A DNA stretch of 64,000 bases. Origin: Candidatus Heteroclostridium caecigallinarum (GTDB taxonomy: Bacteria; Bacillota; Clostridia; Christensenellales; CAG-314). Position 1 is the stretch's first letter. Every line of letters starts with the position of its first letter. Positions 40,297 to 50,717 of this stretch are shown here, one piece after another. Position numbers and translations under genes: made by a program. The notes under the pieces are model-generated. The model had not been told where the DNA came from and did not search any database. It saw nothing but the letters and a program-made list of their open reading frames with translations. The stretch covers positions 1,769 to 65,768 of the forward strand of contig CAJFSP010000004.1 of NCBI GenBank assembly GCA_904419725.1, given 5' to 3'.

Positions 40297-40665
40297 ATGG
40301 CAATCTTTAAAGACAATCTGTTGTACACCGCCACCCACGAATGGGCTGACATTCAGGGCAACACCGCTAAAATGGGTATTTCCGATTACAGACAAGACGG
40401 TCTCGGTGAAATCGTTTTCGTCAATTTCCCGGAAGTTGGCGCCGAAGTCAAAGCCGGTGAAAAAATCTGCGAACTTGAATCGCTCAAAGCGGTTACCGAC
40501 ATCATGAGCCCTGTTTCCGGTAAAGTTATCGCCATCAACAGCGAACTGGAAGACAACCCTGCCGCCATCAACGAAGACGCTTACGCGGCGTGGATTTGCG
40601 AAATCGAAGTGACCGGTAAAGGCGAACTTATGGACGCCGCCGCTTACGAAAAAATCTGCGAATGA
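40297..40665 (+). CDS. gcvH: Glycine cleavage H-protein-like lipoyl carrier
   Basis: THEW, ES.KA lipoyl lysine, SPVSG, INEDAY..W. Confidence 0.9.
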   Translation: MAIFKDNLLYTATHEWADIQGNTAKMGISDYRQDGLGEIVFVNFPEVGAEVKAGEKICELESLKAVTDIMSPVSGKVIAINSELEDNPAAINEDAYAAWICEIEVTGKGELMDAAAYEKICE

Positions 40666-40965
40666 TTTTTGAAGATTAAACATACTTAAAACACCGCTTT
40701 CAGGGCGGTGTTTTTTGTATGCCGGAGATGTAGGCGAGGTGTGAGAACCATGCCGCAACAAACACCGCTTTCAGGGCGGTGTTTTTTGTATGCCGAAGAT
40801 GTGGGCGAGGCGCCCGGAGCGGGATATTTCCCCATTATTTATTAACTTAAAGTTAATATAAAATATGTATGTGCAAATAAAGTTAATAAAGAACGGCCGC
40901 GGCCGCTGCCGAAGGCGGACAAACGGGCGGAAATAAGAAAAGGCGGCGTAAGCCGTCTTTTTGTT

Positions 40966-41103
40966 TTATGACATGCCGTCCGACACGATGTTGCCGTCGG
41001 TGTCGTCCCACAGGTCTTCGGGGTCGGGCACAATCATGCAGAAATTGGGGTTCTGCGGCAAATTGTCGAGATTTTTTGGCAGATGTCTTGTTTTGTGTTT
41101 CAT
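40966..41103 (-). CDS. Small 45-aa protein, putative forespore-expressed (not in the ORF track)
   Basis: GGAGGTG RBS, ATG 41103, TAA 40968-40966, SigG-like GTATA-18-CATAATA promoter, downstream terminator. Confidence 0.7.
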   Translation of the reverse strand: MKHKTRHLPKNLDNLPQNPNFCMIVPDPEDLWDDTDGNIVSDGMS

Positions 41104-41147
41104 GTTTCACCTCCGTGCGCTGTTATTATGGGCGGAGGAGAGGCGTT

Positions 41148-41666
41148 TTATACTTTTGCCGCCATGTAGACTATGTGGGGCATGTCCATGCCGTAATAGT
41201 GTTTAATTATTTGTCCGACGGGTTTCATGCCGTTTGCCGGGGCGACTTTGACTGACGCCTCGTTGCCGACCCGTATTATGGAGTAAACCTCGCTTTCGCC
41301 CAGGACGTCGAAGGCATAATTTTTGCAGGCGGCCGCCGCTTCGGCGGCGTAACCCCTGTGCCAGAAGTTTTTGTCGAAAATATAGCCTACCTCACGCACG
41401 GTTTTGCCGCCGACGTCCTGTTTTGTTATGCCGCACTGGCCAATCAGACGGCCGTTTTTGCGCAAAATGACCGCCCACAGGCCGAAGCCGTCTGTTTTGT
41501 ATCTGTCAAGTTGCCTGTTCAGCCACCCGCGCGCTTCTTCCGCCGAAAAAGCGTGTTCATAGGCGTACATTACATCTTTGTCCCGCAGCATGACGCAAAG
41601 CGCGTCATAGTCGCCGGGCGTGAGTTTTCTCAGAATCAGTCGTTTTGTGGTGAGAATCTGTTTCAT
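41148..41666 (-). CDS. GNAT (RimJ/RimL-type) acetyltransferase
   Basis: TKRLILR, EVGY, WHRGYAAEAA, N.AS. Confidence 0.9.
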   Translation of the reverse strand: MKQILTTKRLILRKLTPGDYDALCVMLRDKDVMYAYEHAFSAEEARGWLNRQLDRYKTDGFGLWAVILRKNGRLIGQCGITKQDVGGKTVREVGYIFDKNFWHRGYAAEAAAACKNYAFDVLGESEVYSIIRVGNEASVKVAPANGMKPVGQIIKHYYGMDMPHIVYMAAKV

Positions 41667-42205
41667 TGCGCCAGGTTGAAAAAAGTTATAGGGGTGTATA
41701 TCATGCCGCTTTCGCCCCGACGGCTTTCAAACAGGGTAAAATCTGTCACTTCAAAGGGGAAGTTGAACACGGGCACATGCTTTTTGACTTCACGGAACGG
41801 CATGACGAATTCCGCGTCGCGCAGCAGCGTGACGTGCGGCAGGTATTTTTTGTCGCCGCTGTCTTGTTTCGCGGCGAAAGGCGCCATCGCCGCCGCTACG
41901 TCTTTTTGCAGGCTTTCAAACGCCTTGGACGTTTTGAGTTTTACAACGGCGCAGCCGTTGCGGAAATGCGCCGTGTCCCAGAATCCCGTCATGAATTTTT
42001 TGTGCCGCCGCGCCGCGTCCGTCAGGGCGCGGCATATTTCTTCAAGGCGGGCGGCGTCTGTTTCACCCATAAAAAACAGGGTGCAATGCATGTTTTCCGT
42101 CGGGATTATTCTGCCCCCGGCAAGGTGAGGTATAAACGCCAGCCGCGTTTTTTCGAGATTGTTTTTTTGCCTGTCGGCGAAATCGAGTCCCACAAAGAGT
42201 CGCAT
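41663..42205 (-). CDS. thpR: RNA 2',3'-cyclic phosphodiesterase (2H family)
   Basis: MRLF, HCTL and HVTL 2H motifs. Confidence 0.88.
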   Translation of the reverse strand: MRLFVGLDFADRQKNNLEKTRLAFIPHLAGGRIIPTENMHCTLFFMGETDAARLEEICRALTDAARRHKKFMTGFWDTAHFRNGCAVVKLKTSKAFESLQKDVAAAMAPFAAKQDSGDKKYLPHVTLLRDAEFVMPFREVKKHVPVFNFPFEVTDFTLFESRRGESGMIYTPITFFNLAQ

Positions 42206-42226
42206 TGTTTTCTCCTTCCGTGCCGT

Positions 42227-43600
42227 TCAGATTTGTTCGAGCAGATGCTTGTTCTGCCACTTGCCCGACACGAAGCGTATGACCGCCCACGCGCCGCTGA
42301 TGAGCCAGCTGAGCGGAAAAGCGTAAAAGGCGTAGATATATCCGCCGAGTGTCCAATAACAGACGTATGCCGCTATTGTGCGTATCGCCATGGCGGTGAT
42401 GATGTTGGCGAAGGGCACCAGCACGTCGCCCGCGCCGCGCAGAACGCCGTTGGTGCAGTACTGTGTGGCGAGTATCAGGCAGAACGGGCACATGGCGAAC
42501 ATAAATTCTTTCGCCACTTTGACCACTCCCGCCGTGGTGCTGCCGCCGTCGACGTTGATGATTAGCCCTATGAGCCGGTCGCTGAACACCAGCCCCGGTA
42601 TCACGGTGAAGCACAGCATGACGGCGGTCAGCGCGAGTCCGCATACATATCCTTGTTTTATGCGTTTTATTTCGCCCGCGCCCCTGTTCTGCGCGGCGTA
42701 CGCCGACAGCGCGCTGCTTATGGCGAACAGCGGCAGGTGCAGAAAGTCTATTATTCTGTTGCCTACGCCGTAGCCCGACAGGTGTATCGTCTGACCCGTG
42801 CCGATGTCAAAAGAGCTGACGATTATTTGCAGCAGCAAAATCGACACATACATGCACGTCTGTTCCAGCGCGGCGGGCAGACCTGTCAGCAGCACCTTTT
42901 TGAACAGCGGTTTATCAAAGGTAAATTCGTTTTTGCGCACGAACAGCGCTTTGACTTTTATGGATGTGTAAACCACGCACAGCGCCGCCGAAACGACGTT
43001 TGCCGTCACTGTGGCTATGGCGATGCCCGTCACGCCCCACGGGGTGACAAACAGCAGGTCGAGCGCCACGTTGACTGCTGTCGCGGCTATGAGAAAATAC
43101 AGCGGCGCACGGCTGTTGCCCACGCCGCGGAGTATGCCGGAATAAATGTTGTAGACCATCATCGGCACAAGCCCGACGAATATTATGCGCAGGTACTGCG
43201 TGGCTGGCGCGAGATATTCCGGCACGACGTTCATCATGCGCAAGAGCTGTTCGGTGAGGATGACGCCCAGCACGGACAGCAGCAGCGTGAAAGACAGAAT
43301 GCTGATGAGTATGGTGGAAACGGCTTTTTTGAGCTGGTCATAGCGTTTGGCGCCGAACAGCTGCGACACAACGACTGACGCGCCCGTCGAAAGACCAATC
43401 ATCAGCGCCACGAAAAGCTGCATTATCGTGTTTGACGCGCTGACCGCGCCGAAATAGTTGGCGTCGAGATACTGGCCGACTATCACCGCGTCGACCAGGT
43501 TGTACGCCTGCTGCAAAAATGTGGACAGCAATATGGGCAAAGAAAAAAGGAAAATCAGCCTGAAAGGGTTTCCTTTTGTCAAATCCATCGTTTTGTTCAT
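42227..43600 (-). CDS. MATE family efflux transporter
   Basis: LQQAYNLVD, RGVGNS, QNRGAG. Confidence 0.9.
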   Translation of the reverse strand: MNKTMDLTKGNPFRLIFLFSLPILLSTFLQQAYNLVDAVIVGQYLDANYFGAVSASNTIMQLFVALMIGLSTGASVVVSQLFGAKRYDQLKKAVSTILISILSFTLLLSVLGVILTEQLLRMMNVVPEYLAPATQYLRIIFVGLVPMMVYNIYSGILRGVGNSRAPLYFLIAATAVNVALDLLFVTPWGVTGIAIATVTANVVSAALCVVYTSIKVKALFVRKNEFTFDKPLFKKVLLTGLPAALEQTCMYVSILLLQIIVSSFDIGTGQTIHLSGYGVGNRIIDFLHLPLFAISSALSAYAAQNRGAGEIKRIKQGYVCGLALTAVMLCFTVIPGLVFSDRLIGLIINVDGGSTTAGVVKVAKEFMFAMCPFCLILATQYCTNGVLRGAGDVLVPFANIITAMAIRTIAAYVCYWTLGGYIYAFYAFPLSWLISGAWAVIRFVSGKWQNKHLLEQI

Positions 43601-43684
43601 AAGCAAACAAATTTTAATCTTTTTGTATTGCAAAGTCAACAGGTTGAATATATTCTAATGACTTTGCTTGCAAGGGGAGATAGT

Positions 43685-45163
43685 ATGAAAAAAAAGTTGG
43701 CGGCGGCGCTGCTGCTTGTGTGTCTGTTGTTTGGTTTTTCGGCGTGCGGCGGCGGGGATTATATCGTTGACGAGAGCAAAAAACTGTCGTCTTATGAAAT
43801 CACCGCGAAGTTTGACGAACAGACCAAGACGCTTGAAGCGCTGGAAACCTTTAAGTGGAAAAACGACAGCGGCGAAACTCTGGACGAGGCGGTGTTTCAT
43901 CTTTACCCCAACGCTTTCAGGGAAGACGCCGTGTATAAACCCGTTTCGGAACAGGACTTCACAAGCGCCTACCCGAACGGCGCCAGTTACGGCGGAATAG
44001 AAATTTCGTCGGTCACGGCAGGCGGAAACGAGGTTGATTTTTCCGTTGGCGGCGAAGATAAAAACCTGCTTGTCGTGCCGCTAGGGCGCGATTTGCCGCC
44101 CGGCGGCGAAACGGTAATAGAAATAAAGTTCACCGACACGCTGCCCAACGCCGCGCACAGATACGGTTATACCGACAACAACTATTCTTTCGGCAACTGG
44201 TATCCCGTGCTGTGCGTAAGGGAAAACGGCGGCTGGGTCACAACGCCTTATTACTCTAACGGCGACCCGTTTTATTCGGTTATGGCGAACTATACCGTCA
44301 GCGTGACATATCCCGCCTGGTTCACCGCCGCCGCCACGGGCGATTTTTCCGTGACCAAAAGCGGAGGCGCCGCCACGTTTACGTCCACGGCGCTCACCGT
44401 GAGAGATTTCGCCTTTGTGCTGTCGGATAAGTTCAAGGTAAAAACCGCGGCGGCGGGTGAAACGACTGTCAGTTATTATTATTTCGACGACGACAACGCC
44501 GAAGAAAATCTGCGCGTTGCTGCCGAGGCGGTTAAAACGTTCGGCGAAATGATTGGCGGATATCCGTACGCCGGGCTTTGCGTGGCGCAGACCGATTTTG
44601 TTTACGGCGGCATGGAGTATCCTAACCTTGTTTACGTCGCTTCCGGGCTGGATGACGCCACAATGAAACAGGTTATCGTCCATGAAATCGCCCATCAGTG
44701 GTGGTATAACCTGGTGGGCAACAATCAGGCGGCGCACGCGTGGATGGACGAGGGACTTACCGAATTTACAACGGCGTTGTTTTTCAAAAAGAACACGCAG
44801 TATTCCGACGAGATAAATTTCGACAAGACCGTCCGTACGCTGGAACGTAATTACACAATGTTTGTGGACGTGATGGAAAGCATGGGCAGCGCCGACACGT
44901 CAATGAACAGAGCGGTCAACGAATACGCGACCGAACAGGAATATGTCTGCATGACTTACACAAAAGGCACGCTCATGTTCGAAAACCTTATGTTTTCCAT
45001 AGGGCAGAACAGGTTTGAAAAATGCCTGAAAAGATACTTTCGTGATTTCCGCTGCGGCGTGGCTACGCCGGACGGCATGATTGAAAGTTTTCAAAAAGCG
45101 TGCGGCGTGAACCTTCAGGGCTTTTTCAGCGAATGGCTGGAAGGGAAAGTAGTCATAGGATAA
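43685..45163 (+). CDS. M1 family metallopeptidase lipoprotein
   Basis: Lipobox FSAC, GGMEYP, HEIAH, DEG, Y.KG. Confidence 0.9.
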   Translation: MKKKLAAALLLVCLLFGFSACGGGDYIVDESKKLSSYEITAKFDEQTKTLEALETFKWKNDSGETLDEAVFHLYPNAFREDAVYKPVSEQDFTSAYPNGASYGGIEISSVTAGGNEVDFSVGGEDKNLLVVPLGRDLPPGGETVIEIKFTDTLPNAAHRYGYTDNNYSFGNWYPVLCVRENGGWVTTPYYSNGDPFYSVMANYTVSVTYPAWFTAAATGDFSVTKSGGAATFTSTALTVRDFAFVLSDKFKVKTAAAGETTVSYYYFDDDNAEENLRVAAEAVKTFGEMIGGYPYAGLCVAQTDFVYGGMEYPNLVYVASGLDDATMKQVIVHEIAHQWWYNLVGNNQAAHAWMDEGLTEFTTALFFKKNTQYSDEINFDKTVRTLERNYTMFVDVMESMGSADTSMNRAVNEYATEQEYVCMTYTKGTLMFENLMFSIGQNRFEKCLKRYFRDFRCGVATPDGMIESFQKACGVNLQGFFSEWLEGKVVIG

Positions 45164-45945
45164 GCGGCATATCTCGCTTACGCTTCGATATGTCGCTTGT
45201 CTGCGGCGGTTAATCTGTCGGGCTAACCCCCTGTCGTGCTGACGCGCACGACATCCCCCTTAACAAAGGGGGAGTATAAGCGTCATGTCTTGCTCACGCC
45301 GCGACATGCCGCTTGGCTAAGGCGTTTAATAAGCGCCATATCTCCCTGACGGTCGATATGTCGCTTGACTGCGGCGTTTAATCTGTCGGGCTGACCCCCT
45401 GTCGTGCTGACGCGCACGACATCCCCCTTAACAAAGGGGGAGTATAAGCGGCATGTCTTGCTCACGCCGCGACATGCCGCTTGGCTAAGGCGTTTAATAA
45501 GCGCCATATCTCGCTTACGCTTCGATATGCCGCTTGGCTAAGGCGTTTAATAAGCGACATATCTCGCTTACGCTTCGATATGTCGCTTGGCTGCGTCGTT
45601 TAATCTGTCGGGCTAACCCCCTGTCGTGCTGACGCGCACGACATCCCCCTTAACAAAGGGGGAGTATAAGCGCCATATCTCGCTTACGCTTCGATATGGC
45701 GCTTGTTCAAGGCGTTTAATCGATAGAACCAACCCCTTGTTTCGCCTACGGCTCAACATTCCCCTTTGAAAGGGGAAGAGATAAGCGCCATATCTCGCTT
45801 ATGCTTCGATATGCCGCTTGTCTGCGGCGGTTAATCGATAGAACCAACCCTCAGTCACGCCGACGGCGTGACGGCGCCTTTCAAAGGGAGCGAGTTTATT
45901 CGAGTGTATTGTCGCCTCTTGCTTACGCTGCGTTGAGGCGGCTTG
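45161..45945. repeat. Mosaic REP/BIME-like hairpin array 3
   Basis: Eight copies of the 53-nt unit plus the same accessory modules; begins on the peptidase stop codon. Confidence 0.9.
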
Positions 45946-46124
45946 CCGATGAAACTGTTTCCTTTGCCGTTCAGGGGCGGATAGCGGCGGTGCTGTTATA
46001 AAAATATTTCGCAAAGCGGCGTGCCGAAAGGAGCGCCGCTTTGTTTATGCCCTTTTTGGCGGGGCGGTAAAGGCGGCACGGGCTTTTGGTTGCGCTGTTT
46101 TGCCGCAGGCGTTATAATGCTTTC

Positions 46125-47846
46125 ATGGTGAAAAAATTCGCTGTGTTGATGCTTTGCGTTTTGTGCGCCGCCGCGTGGCTGCCATGCCGCCCTGTCAGCG
46201 CCGTGGGGGTATCCGCTGACGGCGGCGTGTACGTTACGGACGACAGTTTCAACACGGAAAACATAATAAATCTTTACGGCGAAAATGCCGCCGAGGCGGC
46301 GGAAGCCATCGTGGCGGAGTTTGAAACGATAGACGATCTGTTTTCGCTGACAAAAGACAGTCAGATTGCCGAACTCAACGAAAACGGCGTTTTGTTTGGC
46401 GCCGACCAAAGGGTGACATATCTCATCGGCCGCGCGCTGGAACTGTTTGAGATTACCGAAGGGGCGTTCAACCCCGCCACTTATCTTCTGACAGACCTGT
46501 GGCAGTTGTCGTCGCGTTTCGGCGACGGCGCGCCTGCGGAAACCCGTCCTTATGACAGGCCGCTTTACACTTTGCCCGAGCAAAAGTATATCGACGCTTT
46601 CAGGCAGTTGCTGAACTTCGGCGATATAGTCATCGACGGCGACACGGTGTATCTGCCGGATAACAGCGTGACGGTGGACGGCGCGGAATACCGCATGATG
46701 ATAGACCTGGGCGGAATAGTCAAAGGTTACGCCGCCGAGCGGGCAAGGGAAATCGCCTCGGAATACGGCGTTACGCAGGGGTATGTCAGCCTGGGCGGCA
46801 GTTCCATTGTGTTTCTGACTAATCCGGACGGCGACGGCGGCGATTTCACCGTGGGCGTCATCAACCCCGACAATATTTCCTCATATTACGCGCGGATAAA
46901 CGTTTCGAACACCGCCATGTCAACCAGCGGTGACTATCAGCCCGGCAAATATTTCGAACTTGACGGCAAGAGATACTGCCACATCATTGACGGCGAAACG
47001 GGCATGCCGGTTGACAGCGGCATACGCACCGTGTCGATTATATGCGACGACCCCGTGCTTGCCGACGCCATGACCACGGCGGTCATGGTGATGGGGTATG
47101 ACGAAGCACGGGCGAAAATAAACGGCGGATATTTCGGGAGCAACGGCGTAAAGACGGCGGTTGTGTATGAGCGGCAGTGGCTGCTGGGCAGCGTTAAGGA
47201 AGTGGTGACCAACACTTCCGCCGATTTCTGGCAAATCACTTCGCCCGGCTATACGATATGCGGCTATGTGACGGACGGCGACTTTGCCTACAACGCCAAA
47301 AACCCCAACCTGTGGCTGTTTATATGCGCCGTTGGCGCGGCGGCAATCGTGCTGATTGTAATCGCCGTCGTCAAAAGGAAAAGCAGACCGAGCCGCGACG
47401 TCAGGAAGCAGAAGTTTTTCCGCCCCGCCGACGTCATTGTTTACGCCGTCACGGCGGCGTGCGTGCTGGCGCTGTTCCTGGGTTTTGTGGTGTTCAGGCA
47501 ACAGAGCGACCTCGAACGGGTGGAGATTTACCTCGGCGCGGATATAGTTTACGTTTTCGATATGGCTTCCGAGACGGGCGAAATAGCGGAAGGGCATGAA
47601 GGCGACGTGTCCGTCAGGACGGAAGGCGGAGTGACGTATGTCACCGTTTACACAGACGGGCATTATAACGTGGTGACGATTGACAGTGAGGGCGCCAAAA
47701 TGACGGACGCCGATTGCAGCAACACCAAAGAGTGCGTCAACAACTTTCCTAAAATCACTTCGGGCGACAGCGTTATTATCTGCGACGTGACGCACGTCAA
47801 AGTAGTGGGTTCGGGCGGCGGAGAACTGCCTGTGATAAGCGGGTGA
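46125..47846 (+). CDS. ApbE FAD:protein FMN transferase fused to a C-terminal NusG-II (DUF1312)-like domain
   Basis: DLGGIVKGY, STSGDY, HIID..TG, ADAMTT; after two TM helices a DC...CV...IIC..H domain. Confidence 0.8.
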   Translation: MVKKFAVLMLCVLCAAAWLPCRPVSAVGVSADGGVYVTDDSFNTENIINLYGENAAEAAEAIVAEFETIDDLFSLTKDSQIAELNENGVLFGADQRVTYLIGRALELFEITEGAFNPATYLLTDLWQLSSRFGDGAPAETRPYDRPLYTLPEQKYIDAFRQLLNFGDIVIDGDTVYLPDNSVTVDGAEYRMMIDLGGIVKGYAAERAREIASEYGVTQGYVSLGGSSIVFLTNPDGDGGDFTVGVINPDNISSYYARINVSNTAMSTSGDYQPGKYFELDGKRYCHIIDGETGMPVDSGIRTVSIICDDPVLADAMTTAVMVMGYDEARAKINGGYFGSNGVKTAVVYERQWLLGSVKEVVTNTSADFWQITSPGYTICGYVTDGDFAYNAKNPNLWLFICAVGAAAIVLIVIAVVKRKSRPSRDVRKQKFFRPADVIVYAVTAACVLALFLGFVVFRQQSDLERVEIYLGADIVYVFDMASETGEIAEGHEGDVSVRTEGGVTYVTVYTDGHYNVVTIDSEGAKMTDADCSNTKECVNNFPKITSGDSVIICDVTHVKVVGSGGGELPVISG

Positions 47847-47850
47847 AACT

Positions 47851-48375
47851 ATGAGATTTTCTTCAAGACGGATAGCCACGCTCGCCATGCTGGCGGCGCT
47901 GGCTTCGGTTACGTTTATAATAGAAGGGCTGTTTCCGCCGCTTATCGTCCCGGGGGCGAAAATGGGGCTGTCCAACATTTTTTCGTTGCTGGCGGTGGTG
48001 CTGTTTTCACCTGTGGACGGCGTCATTCTCGTGGCGGTGCGCACGACAATCGGCGCTCTGGTCACGGGGAGCATGTCGGCGTGGCTTTACAGTTTTTCCG
48101 CCGGCGTGGTCAGCGTGGCGGTGAGCGGGTTTCTTTACAGACTGGCGGGGGACAGGCTTTCGCTTTTGTCGATAAGCGTGGCGGCGGCGGTGGCGCACAA
48201 CGTCACGCAGAACACGGTGTTTTGCCTCATCACTTCCACGCCCGAGATGTACGCCTATCTGCCTTATCTTGCCGCCGTCGGCGTGCCGGCGGGGCTTATC
48301 GTGGGCGTGGCGGCGGCGCTGATACTCAAAAGCGTGCCGTTTGACAGATTTCTTAAAGACGACTGCTTGCGGTAA
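47851..48375 (+). CDS. Gx transporter family (heptaprenyl-PP synthase component I-like) membrane protein
   Basis: PGAKMGLSN, S..AAVAHN.TQ, YLP. Confidence 0.85.
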   Translation: MRFSSRRIATLAMLAALASVTFIIEGLFPPLIVPGAKMGLSNIFSLLAVVLFSPVDGVILVAVRTTIGALVTGSMSAWLYSFSAGVVSVAVSGFLYRLAGDRLSLLSISVAAAVAHNVTQNTVFCLITSTPEMYAYLPYLAAVGVPAGLIVGVAAALILKSVPFDRFLKDDCLR

Positions 48376-48467
48376 AATACGGGGCGCAAAACGCTTTGTG
48401 TTTTGCCGCTTTTTAAGTTATAATAAAAAAGTAACATCGTTTATTTTCAATCTGGAGGGACGACAAA

Positions 48468-50717
48468 GTGATTCAACTTTTTAATGAAGGCGTGTGGCTT
48501 CGTGATGGCAGACCCGTCGCCGACATAGACGGCGACAAAACCGCCGGCCGTGACAAAACGATAGCCTACCGCATAATGAACGCCCACGACAAAGCGGGCG
48601 AGGAAAACAAATTCCGCCTGAAATTCGACGCCATGATGTCGCACGACATCACTTACGTCGGCATTATACAGACGGCGCGCGCCAGCGGGCTCAAAGCCTT
48701 TCCGCTGGAATACAACCTGACCAACTGCCACAACAGCCTGTGCGCAGTGGGCGGCACCATCAACGAGGACGACCACGTGTTCGGCCTTTCCGCCGCAAAA
48801 AAATACGGCGGCAACTTCGTGCCGACAAACCTCGCCGTGATACACCAATACGCCAGGGAGGCGGTTGTCGGCTGCGGCAAAATGGTGCTGGGCTCCGACA
48901 GCCATACCCGTTATGGCGCGCTGGGCACGATGGGCGTGGGCGAAGGGGGGCCGGAACTCGTCAAGCAGCTGCTCAACAACACTTACGACATAGACAAGCC
49001 GCAGGTAATCCTGGTGTGGCTGGAAGGCGCGCCGCGGCACGGCGTTGGCCCTCACGACGTGGCGATTGCCATGTGCAAAGCCGTGTTCCAGAACGGTTTC
49101 GTCAAAAACAAGGTGCTGGAATTCGCCGGCCCGGGTCTCAGAAACCTGTCGGTGGATTTCCGCAACGGCATTGACGTCATGACCACCGAAACCACCTGCC
49201 TTTCATCCATATGGGCGACCGACGGCAAAGTGGCGGAATATTACGCCGTGCACGGCATGGCGGACAGGTATAAATGCCTGCAAACGGAAAACGGCGCCTA
49301 TTATGACGGAATGATTAAAATAGACCTTTCAAAAGTGGAGTGCATGATTGCTCTGCCGTTCCACCCGTCAAACGCTTATACCATTAAAGAATTCAAGGAA
49401 AACGCCGCGGATATCCTCGCACTGGTGGAAAAGAACGCACAAGAGCAGTTCGGCGGCAAAGTCAGCCTTAACCTTGCCGATAAAGTCAGCGGCAAAGACG
49501 TCATGATTGACCAGGGCATAATCGCCGGCTGCGCGGGCGGACTTTTCGAGAACCTGTGCGAAGCGGCGGATATCCTCAGCGGCAAATCCACAGGCAACGG
49601 TTATTTCACGCTGTCTACTTATCCTGCCAGCCAGCCGCTGATGATGGAAATCGTCAAAAACGGCGTGGCGGCGAAACTCATCGAGGCGGGCGCTCTCATC
49701 AAACCGGCGTTCTGCGGGCCGTGCTTCGGCGCCGGCGACGTGCCGTCCAACAACGGCCTGTCGATACGCCACACCACGAGAAACTTCCCTAACAGGGAAG
49801 GCTCCAAACCCGGGCAGGGGCAGATTTCCGCAGTGGCGCTTATGGACGCGCGCTCAATCGCCGCGACGGCGGCGAGCGGCGGCGCGCTGACCGCCGCGAG
49901 CGACGTGGACTACAACGTGACGAAATACGAGTATCATTTCGACGGCGAAATTTATAAAAAGAGGGTTTACATTGGCTTCGGCAAACCTGACGAAAAGGCG
50001 GAACTCAAACTGGGTCCTAACATCACCGACTGGCCTAAGATGAACCAAATGAGCGACAACATGCTGCTTAAACTCGCCGCCGTCATTCACGACCCCGTCA
50101 CCACCACCGACGAACTTATCCCGTCGGGCGAAACGTCGAGTTACCGATCCAATCCGCTCAAACTGTCGGAATTCGCTTTGTCGAGGCGCGTGCCGGAATA
50201 CGTGGGCAGGTCGAAAGACGTTCAGGCGCAGGACAGGGCGAGGAGAAACGGCAACGTGTCGGAAGAAATCAAAAACGCCCTTTCGAAAGTGGGCGACGCG
50301 GCGGCTCTCGCCGGAAACACTTCTTACGGCTCGTGCGTGTTCGCCACCAAGCCGGGCGACGGCTCGGCGAGGGAGCAGGCGGCAAGTTGCCAGAAAGTGC
50401 TGGGCGGCGACGCCAACATCTGCTATGAATACGCCACAAAACGCTACCGCAGCAACTGCATAAACTGGGGCATAGTGCCGTTCACCATAGATAAAGACAC
50501 GGCTTTCGATTACGCCGAGGGCGACTTCGTGTTCGTGCCGGACATAAGAGAAAAAATCCGTGACGGCGCGGAAGATATCCCCGCAAAAGTCATCACGCCG
50601 GCGGGCGTAAAAGACATCATGCTGCATGTCAAAGGCCTGACGGAAGACGAAAAAACCATTCTGCTGGAAGGCTGCCTCATGAACTATTACGCCGCGCAGA
50701 ACAAGGAGGGCAAATGA
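48468..50717 (+). CDS. Aconitate hydratase (YbhJ-like)
   Basis: SHDITY, CHNS, DSHT, AGCAGG, CGPCFG, RNF, GSAREQA. Confidence 0.9.
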   Translation: MIQLFNEGVWLRDGRPVADIDGDKTAGRDKTIAYRIMNAHDKAGEENKFRLKFDAMMSHDITYVGIIQTARASGLKAFPLEYNLTNCHNSLCAVGGTINEDDHVFGLSAAKKYGGNFVPTNLAVIHQYAREAVVGCGKMVLGSDSHTRYGALGTMGVGEGGPELVKQLLNNTYDIDKPQVILVWLEGAPRHGVGPHDVAIAMCKAVFQNGFVKNKVLEFAGPGLRNLSVDFRNGIDVMTTETTCLSSIWATDGKVAEYYAVHGMADRYKCLQTENGAYYDGMIKIDLSKVECMIALPFHPSNAYTIKEFKENAADILALVEKNAQEQFGGKVSLNLADKVSGKDVMIDQGIIAGCAGGLFENLCEAADILSGKSTGNGYFTLSTYPASQPLMMEIVKNGVAAKLIEAGALIKPAFCGPCFGAGDVPSNNGLSIRHTTRNFPNREGSKPGQGQISAVALMDARSIAATAASGGALTAASDVDYNVTKYEYHFDGEIYKKRVYIGFGKPDEKAELKLGPNITDWPKMNQMSDNMLLKLAAVIHDPVTTTDELIPSGETSSYRSNPLKLSEFALSRRVPEYVGRSKDVQAQDRARRNGNVSEEIKNALSKVGDAAALAGNTSYGSCVFATKPGDGSAREQAASCQKVLGGDANICYEYATKRYRSNCINWGIVPFTIDKDTAFDYAEGDFVFVPDIREKIRDGAEDIPAKVITPAGVKDIMLHVKGLTEDEKTILLEGCLMNYYAAQNKEGK

